Source: Dehalococcoidia bacterium (GTDB lineage: Bacteria > Chloroflexota > Dehalococcoidia > Lucifugimonadales > CATOSD01). Taken from it: a stretch of DNA of 64,000 nucleotides. The stretch covers positions 1,738,016-1,802,015 of the forward strand of contig CBDCJA010000002.1 of assembly GCA_965217705.1 (NCBI GenBank), in the 5' to 3' direction. The notes beneath the pieces are model-generated. The model was given only the letters and a program-made list of their open reading frames with translations. It was not told the DNA's origin and ran no database searches. The translations under genes and the position numbers were made by a program. Of this stretch, positions 22,037 through 30,016 are shown piece after piece. The number at the start of each line of letters is the position of its first letter. Position 1 is the stretch's first letter.

Positions 22037-22663
22037 GTGTTGTCGCTGATTTTCTTTGGCCTGGAGCCGGGCGGCCTCATCATCGACAACGTGAACGCGG
22101 ACAACCTGGTGGAGGAGACGCGGCTGAAGATAGAGGCCCTATCCTCCACCACATTCATGACGCACCTGAGCGCGTTCGTAGTGCTGCTCTCGCTCGCGTT
22201 CGCGCTGTTCGGCATGTGGGTGGTCGAGAGCGACGCCAGGGCGAGCGGCGAGAGCAGCGCCATCTGGCGCGCCGGCCTCGTGCTGCTCGCCTTCACCATC
22301 ACCGGCTGGGTTACGAGCCAGTCGCTGAATCACCAGATCGCCAACACCGGGCTAGATTCCGGCCCCGACCAGGCGACGGCCAGCGCGCTGTACGCGGTGG
22401 ACGTGGGCATAACCCAGCTATTCGGCGTGTTTGCCGCGGTGGGCTTCTTCTGCTACTGCCTGGGAACGGCCGCCGCGGGCCGCGCCAACAAGTGGGCGTC
22501 ATGGATCGCCGCGGCATTCTCGGTAGTGTCCATGGCCGCAATGCTGACAGGCACGTTCGAGCCCGAACTCTTCCAGCCGATGCGCAACATCGTCTGGGCC
22601 ATCTACATCGTCTGGACCTTTTGGCTTGTGCACCTGGGCGTACGCACGCTCAGGAGCGGATAG
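22037..22663 (+). CDS. hypothetical integral membrane protein (start uncertain; see G6-run finding)
   Basis: 208 aa with several hydrophobic helices and normal composition. GTG start has no SD. A good SD plus ATG at 21988 lies in the +1-offset frame. Confidence 0.6.
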   Translation: MLSLIFFGLEPGGLIIDNVNADNLVEETRLKIEALSSTTFMTHLSAFVVLLSLAFALFGMWVVESDARASGESSAIWRAGLVLLAFTITGWVTSQSLNHQIANTGLDSGPDQATASALYAVDVGITQLFGVFAAVGFFCYCLGTAAAGRANKWASWIAAAFSVVSMAAMLTGTFEPELFQPMRNIVWAIYIVWTFWLVHLGVRTLRSG

Positions 22664-22696
22664 CCGTGAACCGGCATCGCCAACGGTGACGCTACC

Positions 22697-23962
22697 ATGA
22701 GCACAGGGGCAACCTATCCGCTGAGCGCGGCGCGGGCGGTCGCGCTGGACGCACAGGGACTGGCGGAACAGCCCGATCTGGACACGCCTTCCACGCCGGA
22801 ACAGGTCTACGCCGCCATCGAGCGCGTGGGCTGCCTTCAGATAGACACGCTGCAGATGGTGCGGCGCAGCCACTACCTGGCGCTGTGGAGCCGTCTGGGC
22901 GCGTACGATCCGGAGGACCTCGACGCGCTTGTGTACGACCCTGCCCGTCGGCGGTTGTTCGAGTACTGGCTGCACGCCGCGAGCATCATCCCGCTCAGCG
23001 AGTACCGGTACCGGCTGCTCCTGATGCGCCACTGCGCCGAAGGCACGTTCAGGTCTCGGCGGCGCTGGCTGGAAGAGCCGGGCAACGTTGAGACTGTCGA
23101 CGGGGTGCGGCGGCGAGTGCGCGAAGAGGGCGCGGTGCGGGTCTCCGACTTTTCCGACGAGCGCGTCGACGCCAGAAAGGGCTGGTGGGACTGGAAGCCG
23201 GCCAAGCGCGCCCTGGAGCACCTGTTCGACCTGGGCGAGTTGATGGTGTCCGGCCGCGTGAGCTTTCAGCGCGTGTACGACCTGCGGGAGCGGGTGTTGC
23301 CTAGCTGGGTCGAGACGAGCGAGCCGACGGAAGAGGAGGCCATCCGCCACCTGCTGGAGTGGTCGATGCGGCGTGTTGGCATCTGCACTCCCCGCCAGCT
23401 TGTGGACTACGCCCGCATGAAGGTCGGCGAGACCCGGGCGCACCAGCGCGCGCTGATGGACGAGGGCGTCTTCGTGGAGGTGTCGTGCCTCACCGCGTCG
23501 GGCCGAGCGGAGCGGTTCATCGTGCACCGCGACGGCATGGACACGCTCAAGCGGGCCGCGGACGGCGGGCTTGTTCCGAGCGCGACGACGTTCCTGACGC
23601 CGTTCGACAGCCTGTTCTGGGCACCGGGCCGGGACGAGCAGCTTTGGGATTTCGAGCAGAGGCTGGAGGCATACGTGCCGGCACCGAAGCGGCGGTGGGG
23701 CTACTTCTGCCTGCCCATCGTCCACGGCGACCGGCTGGTGGGCCGGTTCGACCCCAAGCTCGAGCGGGCAACCGGCACGCTGAGGCTCAAGGCGCTGCAC
23801 CTGGAGCCGGGCGTCGAGCCCGACGAGGAGTTGGCAACGTCCTTCTCGCGTGCCATGCGGGGGTTCATGGCGTTTCACGGGGCGACCGACCTGGTGGTCG
23901 AGGGCGGCAACGGCGCCGCCGTGCTGGAGCTTGCCGGGGTGAGCGCCAGCGGGCGGGTTTGA
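22697..23962 (+). CDS. winged-helix DNA glycosylase-like protein (YcaQ/AlkZ family)
   Basis: 421 aa. N-terminal ...ERVGCLQIDTLQMV.RSHYL.LWSRL and FEYW.HAAS are typical of the YcaQ (DUF1006) crosslink-repair glycosylase family. Confidence 0.7.
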   Translation: MSTGATYPLSAARAVALDAQGLAEQPDLDTPSTPEQVYAAIERVGCLQIDTLQMVRRSHYLALWSRLGAYDPEDLDALVYDPARRRLFEYWLHAASIIPLSEYRYRLLLMRHCAEGTFRSRRRWLEEPGNVETVDGVRRRVREEGAVRVSDFSDERVDARKGWWDWKPAKRALEHLFDLGELMVSGRVSFQRVYDLRERVLPSWVETSEPTEEEAIRHLLEWSMRRVGICTPRQLVDYARMKVGETRAHQRALMDEGVFVEVSCLTASGRAERFIVHRDGMDTLKRAADGGLVPSATTFLTPFDSLFWAPGRDEQLWDFEQRLEAYVPAPKRRWGYFCLPIVHGDRLVGRFDPKLERATGTLRLKALHLEPGVEPDEELATSFSRAMRGFMAFHGATDLVVEGGNGAAVLELAGVSASGRV

Positions 23963-24009
23963 AACCCGCCCCTACGAGTGAATTACGGTCACATTTGAGG
24001 AGGTTTGAC

Positions 24010-24699
24010 ATGGACTCGGCGTTGATTTCGGAATACAAGCAGAAGATCATTGAGGCGGGGCGGTTCGTCACGAGCTGCGGTGTGATGTCGATCAGCAAGC
24101 ACGGCAACATAAGCGCGCGGCTGCCGGGCGAGGACGTCTTCCTGCTGACGGCGGGAGGCACGCTGTCCGAGCTGAGGCCGGAGAACATCGCGCTCTACGA
24201 GCTGGACGGCACGCTGGTGGAGGGCGCGGTGGAGCCGACGTCCGCCGAGATCGTGGACATGCACGGCGTGGTGTACCGGTTGCGGCCCGACGCGGGCGGC
24301 GCGTTGCACACCCACTCGCCGGCCGCGACGAGCCTGGCGGTGGCCTACGAGCCGATACCGCTCATCTACGAGGCGATGGCCCGCTTCGACATGACGGACG
24401 GCGTGCCGCTGGCCGCCTACGGCCCCAGGGGTTCGAGCGAGTCGGTGGATAACATTGCCCGGGCCATACGCGAGAACCCCAACACCGGAGGCGTGCTGCT
24501 GGCCAACCACGGCGTGCTGGCGTTCGCGGCCGACCCGGTGTCGTCGGTGAGGGCCAACGTGGTGATCGAGGAGGCGGCGATTCTGTACATGAACGCCAGG
24601 GCCGTCGGCAAGGCCAACCCGATACCCGCGAACATGGTGGAGCAGACCCGGCAGCGGCGCGACGACTTCGCCTCGATGGGCGTGCAGCGGGCGGGCTAG
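24010..24699 (+). CDS. class II aldolase/adducin-domain protein
   Basis: ATG at 24010 follows GAGGAGG. 229 aa. ISKHGNISAR, E..MH..VY and the LHTHSP metal-binding region. Confidence 0.85.
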   Translation: MDSALISEYKQKIIEAGRFVTSCGVMSISKHGNISARLPGEDVFLLTAGGTLSELRPENIALYELDGTLVEGAVEPTSAEIVDMHGVVYRLRPDAGGALHTHSPAATSLAVAYEPIPLIYEAMARFDMTDGVPLAAYGPRGSSESVDNIARAIRENPNTGGVLLANHGVLAFAADPVSSVRANVVIEEAAILYMNARAVGKANPIPANMVEQTRQRRDDFASMGVQRAG

Positions 24700-24728
24700 G
24701 CGAGCGCGAAAGCGGTGCGCGCGACGCA

Positions 24729-24853
24729 CCCCCATCCCCGTATCGAGTACGGGGCAGGCCCCACGTGTCGCCCACGCGCCGGGATTAACCAGCCCATCCC
24801 CGTATCGAGTACGGGGCAGGCTCTAACCTTCCCCCGTCGAGGGGGAAGGGACT
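24729..24853 (+). repeat. composite repeat array: family B, family B, family A
   Basis: Two copies of catCCCCGTAtcgagTACGGGGcagg (24729-24758, 24795-20) followed by ctctaaCCTTCCCCCgtcgaGGGGGAAGGgact (24821-24853). Confidence 0.9.
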
Positions 24854-24866
24854 CCTTGGAGCGGCT

Positions 24867-25454
24867 CTAGGCCAGGCAGAGGGCGCGGGCGACTCTGAGC
24901 ACCAGCTCCGGCACCGGGCGGACCAGCCAGAACAGCGTGAACACGACGAAGGTGACCACGGCGGCGATCGCGAAGCCGCCGGCTACGTCCAGCGGGTAGT
25001 GCACGCCGGCGAACACGCGGGCGAAGGCGTAGAGCGCTGCCGCCGCCAGGAAGGCCGCGCCGACGCGGCGGTCCACCCACCACACGGCAATCGCGATGGC
25101 GGACGCGGCCGCGATCGCGTTGGACGGGAACGACGAGTCGGTGGGGGCGTAGAACAGCAGATTTACCTGATCGGGGAACTCGACGAATGGGCGCGGGCGG
25201 AAGTAGTACCAGTTGACTACGTAGACAGCCCAGTTGGACAGGCCCATCGACGTGAGCGCGGCGAACACGCCCACCTGGCGGCGGGAGCGCGTCGCGGCGT
25301 CCCGGCCCGTGTACCAGAACGCGATGAGGGCGAGGGCCATGCCCACGGGTATGAGGTAGTCGCTGACCACCCAGGTGATCATCGTGTCCACGGGCGAGAA
25401 CTCGCCCGCCATCCCGTTTATCCAGAGGAACAGCTTCTCGTCCGCGCTCTCCAT
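24867..25454 (-). CDS. PAP2-family phosphatase (undecaprenyl-diphosphatase-like)
   Basis: 195 aa membrane protein with PAP2 motifs RPRP, SFPSNA and FAGVHYPLDV. Confidence 0.85.
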   Translation of the reverse strand: MESADEKLFLWINGMAGEFSPVDTMITWVVSDYLIPVGMALALIAFWYTGRDAATRSRRQVGVFAALTSMGLSNWAVYVVNWYYFRPRPFVEFPDQVNLLFYAPTDSSFPSNAIAAASAIAIAVWWVDRRVGAAFLAAAALYAFARVFAGVHYPLDVAGGFAIAAVVTFVVFTLFWLVRPVPELVLRVARALCLA

Positions 25455-25858
25455 TTGCCAAGCCGGTGTCCGATACTGCGGGCCAGGGCGTCCGCGTAGT
25501 TGCGGCGCCTCAGGGCCTCCAGGCCCTCTACCGGCTCATCCGTCCCTCCTCTCATACCTAGATTTACCAGGGACGACGCCAGCAGGGTGAAGACCACCGC
25601 CGACGATGAGCCAAGAAAGAAGAACAGGGCCTGCGTCGGGGCGTCCAGCCCTCCTTCGTAGTCGTTGATGTTCCTGTCCTCGACGGCGAAGAACCAGACG
25701 AACGCCCCGACGATAAGGACGAGGCCGAGCAGCCTGGCCGGGATGGGCTGTTTAAGAAACAGCAGGCCGTCGAGTCTGCCGAGGGATGCGGCTATCTGGA
25801 GGGTCCCCGTCGCGGCGACGGCCACGAGAATGTAGTAGTCGGTCGCGAAGGTGAACAT
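25418..25858 (-). CDS. hypothetical membrane protein
   Basis: 146 aa with 3-4 hydrophobic helices. 37-nt overlap with the PAP2 gene. No SD; heptamer repeats abut the start codon. Confidence 0.55.
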   Translation of the reverse strand: MFTFATDYYILVAVAATGTLQIAASLGRLDGLLFLKQPIPARLLGLVLIVGAFVWFFAVEDRNINDYEGGLDAPTQALFFFLGSSSAVVFTLLASSLVNLGMRGGTDEPVEGLEALRRRNYADALARSIGHRLGKWRARTRSCSSG

Positions 25859-25860
25859 GG

Positions 25861-25895
25861 GTTAGTTGTCAGTGGTTAGTTGTCAGTGGTCAGTG
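25861..25895 (+). repeat. repeat family E: tandem GTCAGTG-type heptamers
   Basis: gttagttgtcagtg gttagttgtcagtg gtcagtg. Related arrays at 38701-38730, 39887-39927 and 44224-44263. Confidence 0.85.
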
Positions 25896-25930
25896 ATCCG
25901 CTGGCAGGGCCGACAGACTGACAAACCGGC

Positions 25931-26863
25931 CTACCAGCTCTCCAGGGCTACGGCCGTGCACCAGTCGGAGTAGTCGGGGTCGTTGCCGCGTATCACGTCC
26001 AGGTACTTGTCCCTTATGTGTCCCGTAATCGGGCCGATGCCGCCTTCGCCGATGGGTCGGCTGTCCAGCTCGCCCACGGGCGTCACGTGTGCGGCGGTGC
26101 CGGTGAGGAAGACCTCGTCGGCCAGGTACAGCTCACTCCTTCGGATGTTGCGCTCCACTATCTCGAGTCCGAGCTCGCGCTTGGCCAGGGTGATGGCGGA
26201 GTCGCGGGTGATGCCCACCAGGTTGTTGTCCGCAACGAGCGGGGTGTGGACGACGCCGTTGGAGATCATGAACAGGTTTTCGCCGCTGCCCTCGGAGACG
26301 TTGCCGTCCTGGGTGAGCATGATGGCCTCGTCGAAGCCGGCGAGCACGGCCTCGGTCTTGGCGAGGATGCTGTTGACGTAGTGGCCGGAGATCTTGACGC
26401 GCGGGGGAATGATGGTGTCGTCTATGCGCCGCCAGGACGAGGTGCAGCACCGGATGGCGCCCTCGGCGTCGATGTAGGCGCCGAACGGGTTGACGATGAG
26501 GGTGAAGTCGCTGGCGAGCTCGTGGAGCTTGAGATTGGCGACGCGCTCGGCGCTCTTGTAGGCGAGGGGCCTGATGTAGAGGTCCTCGCGGTAGCCGCAC
26601 TTGGCGACGAGGTCTGTGGTGATTTCGCAGAGTTCGTCGGCGCTGTAGGGGATGTCGAGCATCATCATGCGGCAGCCCTGGAGGAAGCGCAGGTAGTGTT
26701 CTCTCATGCGGAAGACCATTATCTTGCCCTGGCCTTCGTTCCAGTTGCCCCGGATGCCCTCGAACACCGCGGTGCCGTAGTGCAAGGCGTGGGTCATCAC
26801 GCTCACCTTGGCGTCGGCGAGGGGCACGACACCACCACGGAAGAAGGCTAGGGCTTGAGGCAT
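25931..26863 (-). CDS. ilvE: branched-chain amino acid aminotransferase
   Basis: 310 aa. Fold-type IV aminotransferase motifs (HYGTAVFEGIR, EGSGENLF, LTGTAA). Confidence 0.92.
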   Translation of the reverse strand: MPQALAFFRGGVVPLADAKVSVMTHALHYGTAVFEGIRGNWNEGQGKIMVFRMREHYLRFLQGCRMMMLDIPYSADELCEITTDLVAKCGYREDLYIRPLAYKSAERVANLKLHELASDFTLIVNPFGAYIDAEGAIRCCTSSWRRIDDTIIPPRVKISGHYVNSILAKTEAVLAGFDEAIMLTQDGNVSEGSGENLFMISNGVVHTPLVADNNLVGITRDSAITLAKRELGLEIVERNIRRSELYLADEVFLTGTAAHVTPVGELDSRPIGEGGIGPITGHIRDKYLDVIRGNDPDYSDWCTAVALESW

Positions 26864-27022
26864 CGCTCGATACTCCTGTTGTGCAGAACTCCGGGGCGGA
26901 CTCCGCGGCCGGCGGCGGAGGGCGGCCTGCCATATGGCTGCGGGCCATTATACGCGCAAGGGCGCGGGATAACAAAGCGGCGGCGGGGGGGTGTCACACC
27001 CATCCTAACCTTCCCCCATCAA

Positions 27023-28154
27023 ACGCGTGATGCAAATTAGGTCTTCAGCGATTGAAGAGTGTGGCGACTGCCAGGTCGGGACGTCCGAAGAGTCGATTCA
27101 GCAAGATGCCCAGGTTCATGGCGGCCACCTTGGAGGCTACACGGCTGAGCAATCCCCACTTGCTGCGAGCGCCGGGGAAGTGAAGGCCGAATACACTCTC
27201 AAGGTGGCCGTTGATGGTCTCGACCACCTGTTTCCAGCGCGAATGTTGTCGTCTCGCCGCGTGGGCCCCGGCTCCACTATAGTTTTTGGGTGTGAGCACG
27301 GTTGCCCCATAGCGTTTACGCCAATGCTTCTGCCACCATGCCCCGAAGAAGCCGTTGTCGCCAAGATAGGGTTGGGCGCTGGCCCTGCCGGCTGCCGACC
27401 TGGGCCACACAGGGCCTGTGGCTCCCACGTACTTCCTGCCATTGCTCCGGTAGAGGCTGGGAAGGTCGGAAGGTTTGTACGGCTGCGCGCGCGGATTGGC
27501 TCGCCAGCACAGAAAGCTCTCTGCAACCCAACGGTCTTCGGTACTCGCGGGCGCCAGCGTGAAGCCGGTTATCATCCCTTCGGGCGATACCCCAAGCAGA
27601 AGTTTGCAGCCGTAGTAGAAATCCCTGTCGCTCCCTCCCTTTCCGATGGCGGCGTCATCGCCAAACAGACGATGGCGCTTGCCGCGACAGCGACGCATCA
27701 AAGGCACGGGAACGCTGTCTATGCTCTGATATGCCGCGGCATGTGCTCCCAACTGCTCTGCCGCCACTGCCGACAGACCTACCACAACCCCTGCCAGGTC
27801 TCGGCTGCGCCGGTTGAAAGCGCTCTGGGTGATCATACTGGGAAAGTAGCTTCCCCAATGCTCGGCGACGTATGCCACGAACCTCCGCTCCGATTTTCCA
27901 GACCATTGAGCGCACAGCATCAAAGTCAGAACCTCGCTGTCGGAGAGCTCAGGCCGTCTGCCCGGACGGCTCGGCTTGTTCTGGGCCAAAAACCGCTTAT
28001 AGAAGTCATCGACAATCGTGTACAATGCCGTGAGGAAGGTGTTGAGGTCTAAGGTCATAGCTAGTTCTCCTTTGGTAGGGATAGGACTAGCTTATACCAT
28101 TCCTTGACGCCTTCCTAAACTTTTTTGGCCCTGCTCCTAATCTGCATCACGCGT
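27023..28154 (-). mobile_element. IS982-family insertion sequence (~1.13 kb) inserted in the loop of a family A hairpin
   Basis: Terminal inverted repeats ACGCGTGATGCAAATTAGG (27023-27041) and the reverse complement of cctaatctgcatcacgcgt (28136-28154), 18/19 match. Flanks are ...ccttcccccatcaa | IS | gtcaagggggaaggg, so the repeat-module loop is duplicated (TCAA). Confidence 0.8.
27045..28058 (-). CDS. IS982-family DDE transposase
   Basis: 337 aa. N-terminal LTALYTIVDDFYK ... LSDSEVLTLML is typical of IS982 transposases. C-terminal VETINGHLESVF. Confidence 0.75.
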   Translation of the reverse strand: MTLDLNTFLTALYTIVDDFYKRFLAQNKPSRPGRRPELSDSEVLTLMLCAQWSGKSERRFVAYVAEHWGSYFPSMITQSAFNRRSRDLAGVVVGLSAVAAEQLGAHAAAYQSIDSVPVPLMRRCRGKRHRLFGDDAAIGKGGSDRDFYYGCKLLLGVSPEGMITGFTLAPASTEDRWVAESFLCWRANPRAQPYKPSDLPSLYRSNGRKYVGATGPVWPRSAAGRASAQPYLGDNGFFGAWWQKHWRKRYGATVLTPKNYSGAGAHAARRQHSRWKQVVETINGHLESVFGLHFPGARSKWGLLSRVASKVAAMNLGILLNRLFGRPDLAVATLFNR

Positions 28155-28177
28155 GTCAAGGGGGAAGGGACTCCTAG

Positions 28178-29375
28178 GGATACTCTGAACAAGTCTGGTG
28201 TATTGTGGCATAGTACTATGCCATACACAAAGCAGAGATGTTTGGGGTGAAGGCACGATGGACCAGCCAACATTTGCCGACTTGGAATACGATAGCAAGA
28301 AGCGCAAGACCCGGCGGGAGATATTCCTTGAGCGCATGGACGGTCTGATCCCGTGGGAACAGTTCGCAGAACGCATCCGCCCGTTCTATCCCAGGGCAGG
28401 CCGGGGCCGGCGACCCTATGAGTTGTCTGTGATGCTGCGGATTCACTGCGTGCAGATGTTCTACAACCTCAGTGATCCTGGTATGGAGGACATGCTCTAC
28501 GAGGTCGAGTCGGTGAGACGGTTCGTAGGGTTGAGGCTGTCGGGCCCGCTCCCGGACGAGACGACGATCCTGAACTTCCGCCATCTGCTGGAAGAGCACG
28601 AGTTGGGACAGGGTCTGTTCGAGGAGATCAACCGTCATCTGGAGTCCCAGGGGCTGCGGCTTCGGGAGGGAACGATCGTGGACGCGAGCATCATCGAGGC
28701 GCCATCGTCAACGAAGAATCGTGCAGGTAAGCGAGACCCTGAGATGCGTCAGACGAAGAAGGGGAATGAGTGGCGCTTCGGGATGAAGGTACACATCGGT
28801 GCGGACGCTGAGACGGGAGTAGTACATAGCGTGACGACGACACCCGCGAACGTTCATGACGTGACGGAGGCTCACCGGCTGCTGCACGGCGGGGAGAATC
28901 GGGTGTGGGGCGATGCGGGGTATCAGGGAGTCGACAAGCGAATGGAGAATCGCGAGTTGGATGTGGACTGGCAGGTAGCGATGAGACCCGGGAGACGTCG
29001 GCAACTGGAGCCGGGAAGCTATGAGGCGCTTATGGAGAAGCGCAAGGCGTCGACCAGGGCGAAGGTGGAGCATCCGTTCCTGTACGTGAAGCGGCACTTT
29101 GGATACGCCAAGGTGCGTTACCGAGGGTTGGCAAAGAACACGCAACGACTGACGTTGCTACTGGGGATGACGAACTTGATAAGGGCGGAGCGGTACCTGG
29201 CAGCCTGACGAGGGCGAAGTGCGCCCAAGCTGGACAAACGAACGTAGATAGGCCTTAGCGGAGCCGTTTCAGGACCACAAGACCTCTATCGACACACCGT
29301 AGGAGGAAGAAACCCCTCGGACAGTCCACTTACTGTCCATCACAAACGAGATACCCTCAGTTGTTCAGAGGTTCC
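28178..29375 (+). mobile_element. IS5-family (IS5 group) insertion sequence, 1,198 bp, CTAG target duplication
   Basis: IRs GGATACTCTGAACAAG (28178-) and the reverse complement of ...cagttgttcagaggttcc (ends 29375). Both are flanked by CTAG (28174-28177, 29376-29379). Confidence 0.85.
28258..29208 (+). CDS. IS5-family transposase
   Basis: 316 aa from ATG 28258. FADLEY, LSDPGMEDMLYEVESVRRFVGL, DASIIEAPSSTKN and DAGYQG...VEHPF..VK motifs of IS5-group DDE transposases. Confidence 0.9.
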   Translation: MDQPTFADLEYDSKKRKTRREIFLERMDGLIPWEQFAERIRPFYPRAGRGRRPYELSVMLRIHCVQMFYNLSDPGMEDMLYEVESVRRFVGLRLSGPLPDETTILNFRHLLEEHELGQGLFEEINRHLESQGLRLREGTIVDASIIEAPSSTKNRAGKRDPEMRQTKKGNEWRFGMKVHIGADAETGVVHSVTTTPANVHDVTEAHRLLHGGENRVWGDAGYQGVDKRMENRELDVDWQVAMRPGRRRQLEPGSYEALMEKRKASTRAKVEHPFLYVKRHFGYAKVRYRGLAKNTQRLTLLLGMTNLIRAERYLAA

Positions 29376-29385
29376 CTAGCACCCA

Positions 29386-29737
29386 ATCCCCGTATCGGGT
29401 ACGGGGCAGGCGCTAGCCTTCACCCTGAGGGAGAGGGAACTGGCGGCCTTCATCCGCATTCTGACCTTCCCTTATCGCGGGGGAAGGGGCTTTGGGGGCG
29501 GAAAATCGCGAAATCTGTCTCATTTTGTTTCATTTTGTCTCGCCCCGTAGCTGGGAGTGTCGCCGGTTTGCGACGGATTGAAACGCTGGCGAGACATATT
29601 TGGGCAGGAAAGTTACAAATTGTGACAGGAATGAGACAGGCGGGCCGGGGCGCCAGCGGGTGCGTTTTCATGCCCGTGACCGTATCGAGTACGGGGCAGG
29701 CTCCGGCCTTCGCCCGTCGAAGGGGGAGGGCCTCCGG
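29386..29737 (+). repeat. mosaic of family B and degenerate family A modules
   Basis: B copies at 29386-29410 and 29673-29700. A-variants at 29411-29443 (ccttcaccctgagggagagggaa), 29461-29495 and 29701-29737. Confidence 0.8.
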
Positions 29738-30016
29738 TTGGCAGGGCCGGTGCGTCACGGAAGGGAGGATAGCACGGATGTGCGGGTGAGGTCAAGGGGG
29801 TGTTGCAGGGCGGACGCCGGGGCTATGGGATGCTATGCAAGAGTCGTTGGGGGTGAGACGAATCAGGTACGGTTTTTCGCGTGTATGGGCCAATTCAGGG
29901 GACTTACAAGTCCCAAGTGGCACTCGATTGCGCTGATTCGGGGCAGGTTTTGAGCCGTCAGATGTGAGGGCACGCCTGATTTGGGGCGGAGGAGTTAGTG
30001 TGCGAGAGGGCTTCGG

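Noticed and set aside
29557-29584. GTGTCGCCGGTTTGCGACGGATTGAAAC resembles a type I-C/I-U style CRISPR repeat (GTCGC stem ... ATTGAAAC).
   Set aside because: Only one copy is present, with no spacer-repeat periodicity or cas genes in the window. At best it is a relic and cannot be called a CRISPR array.
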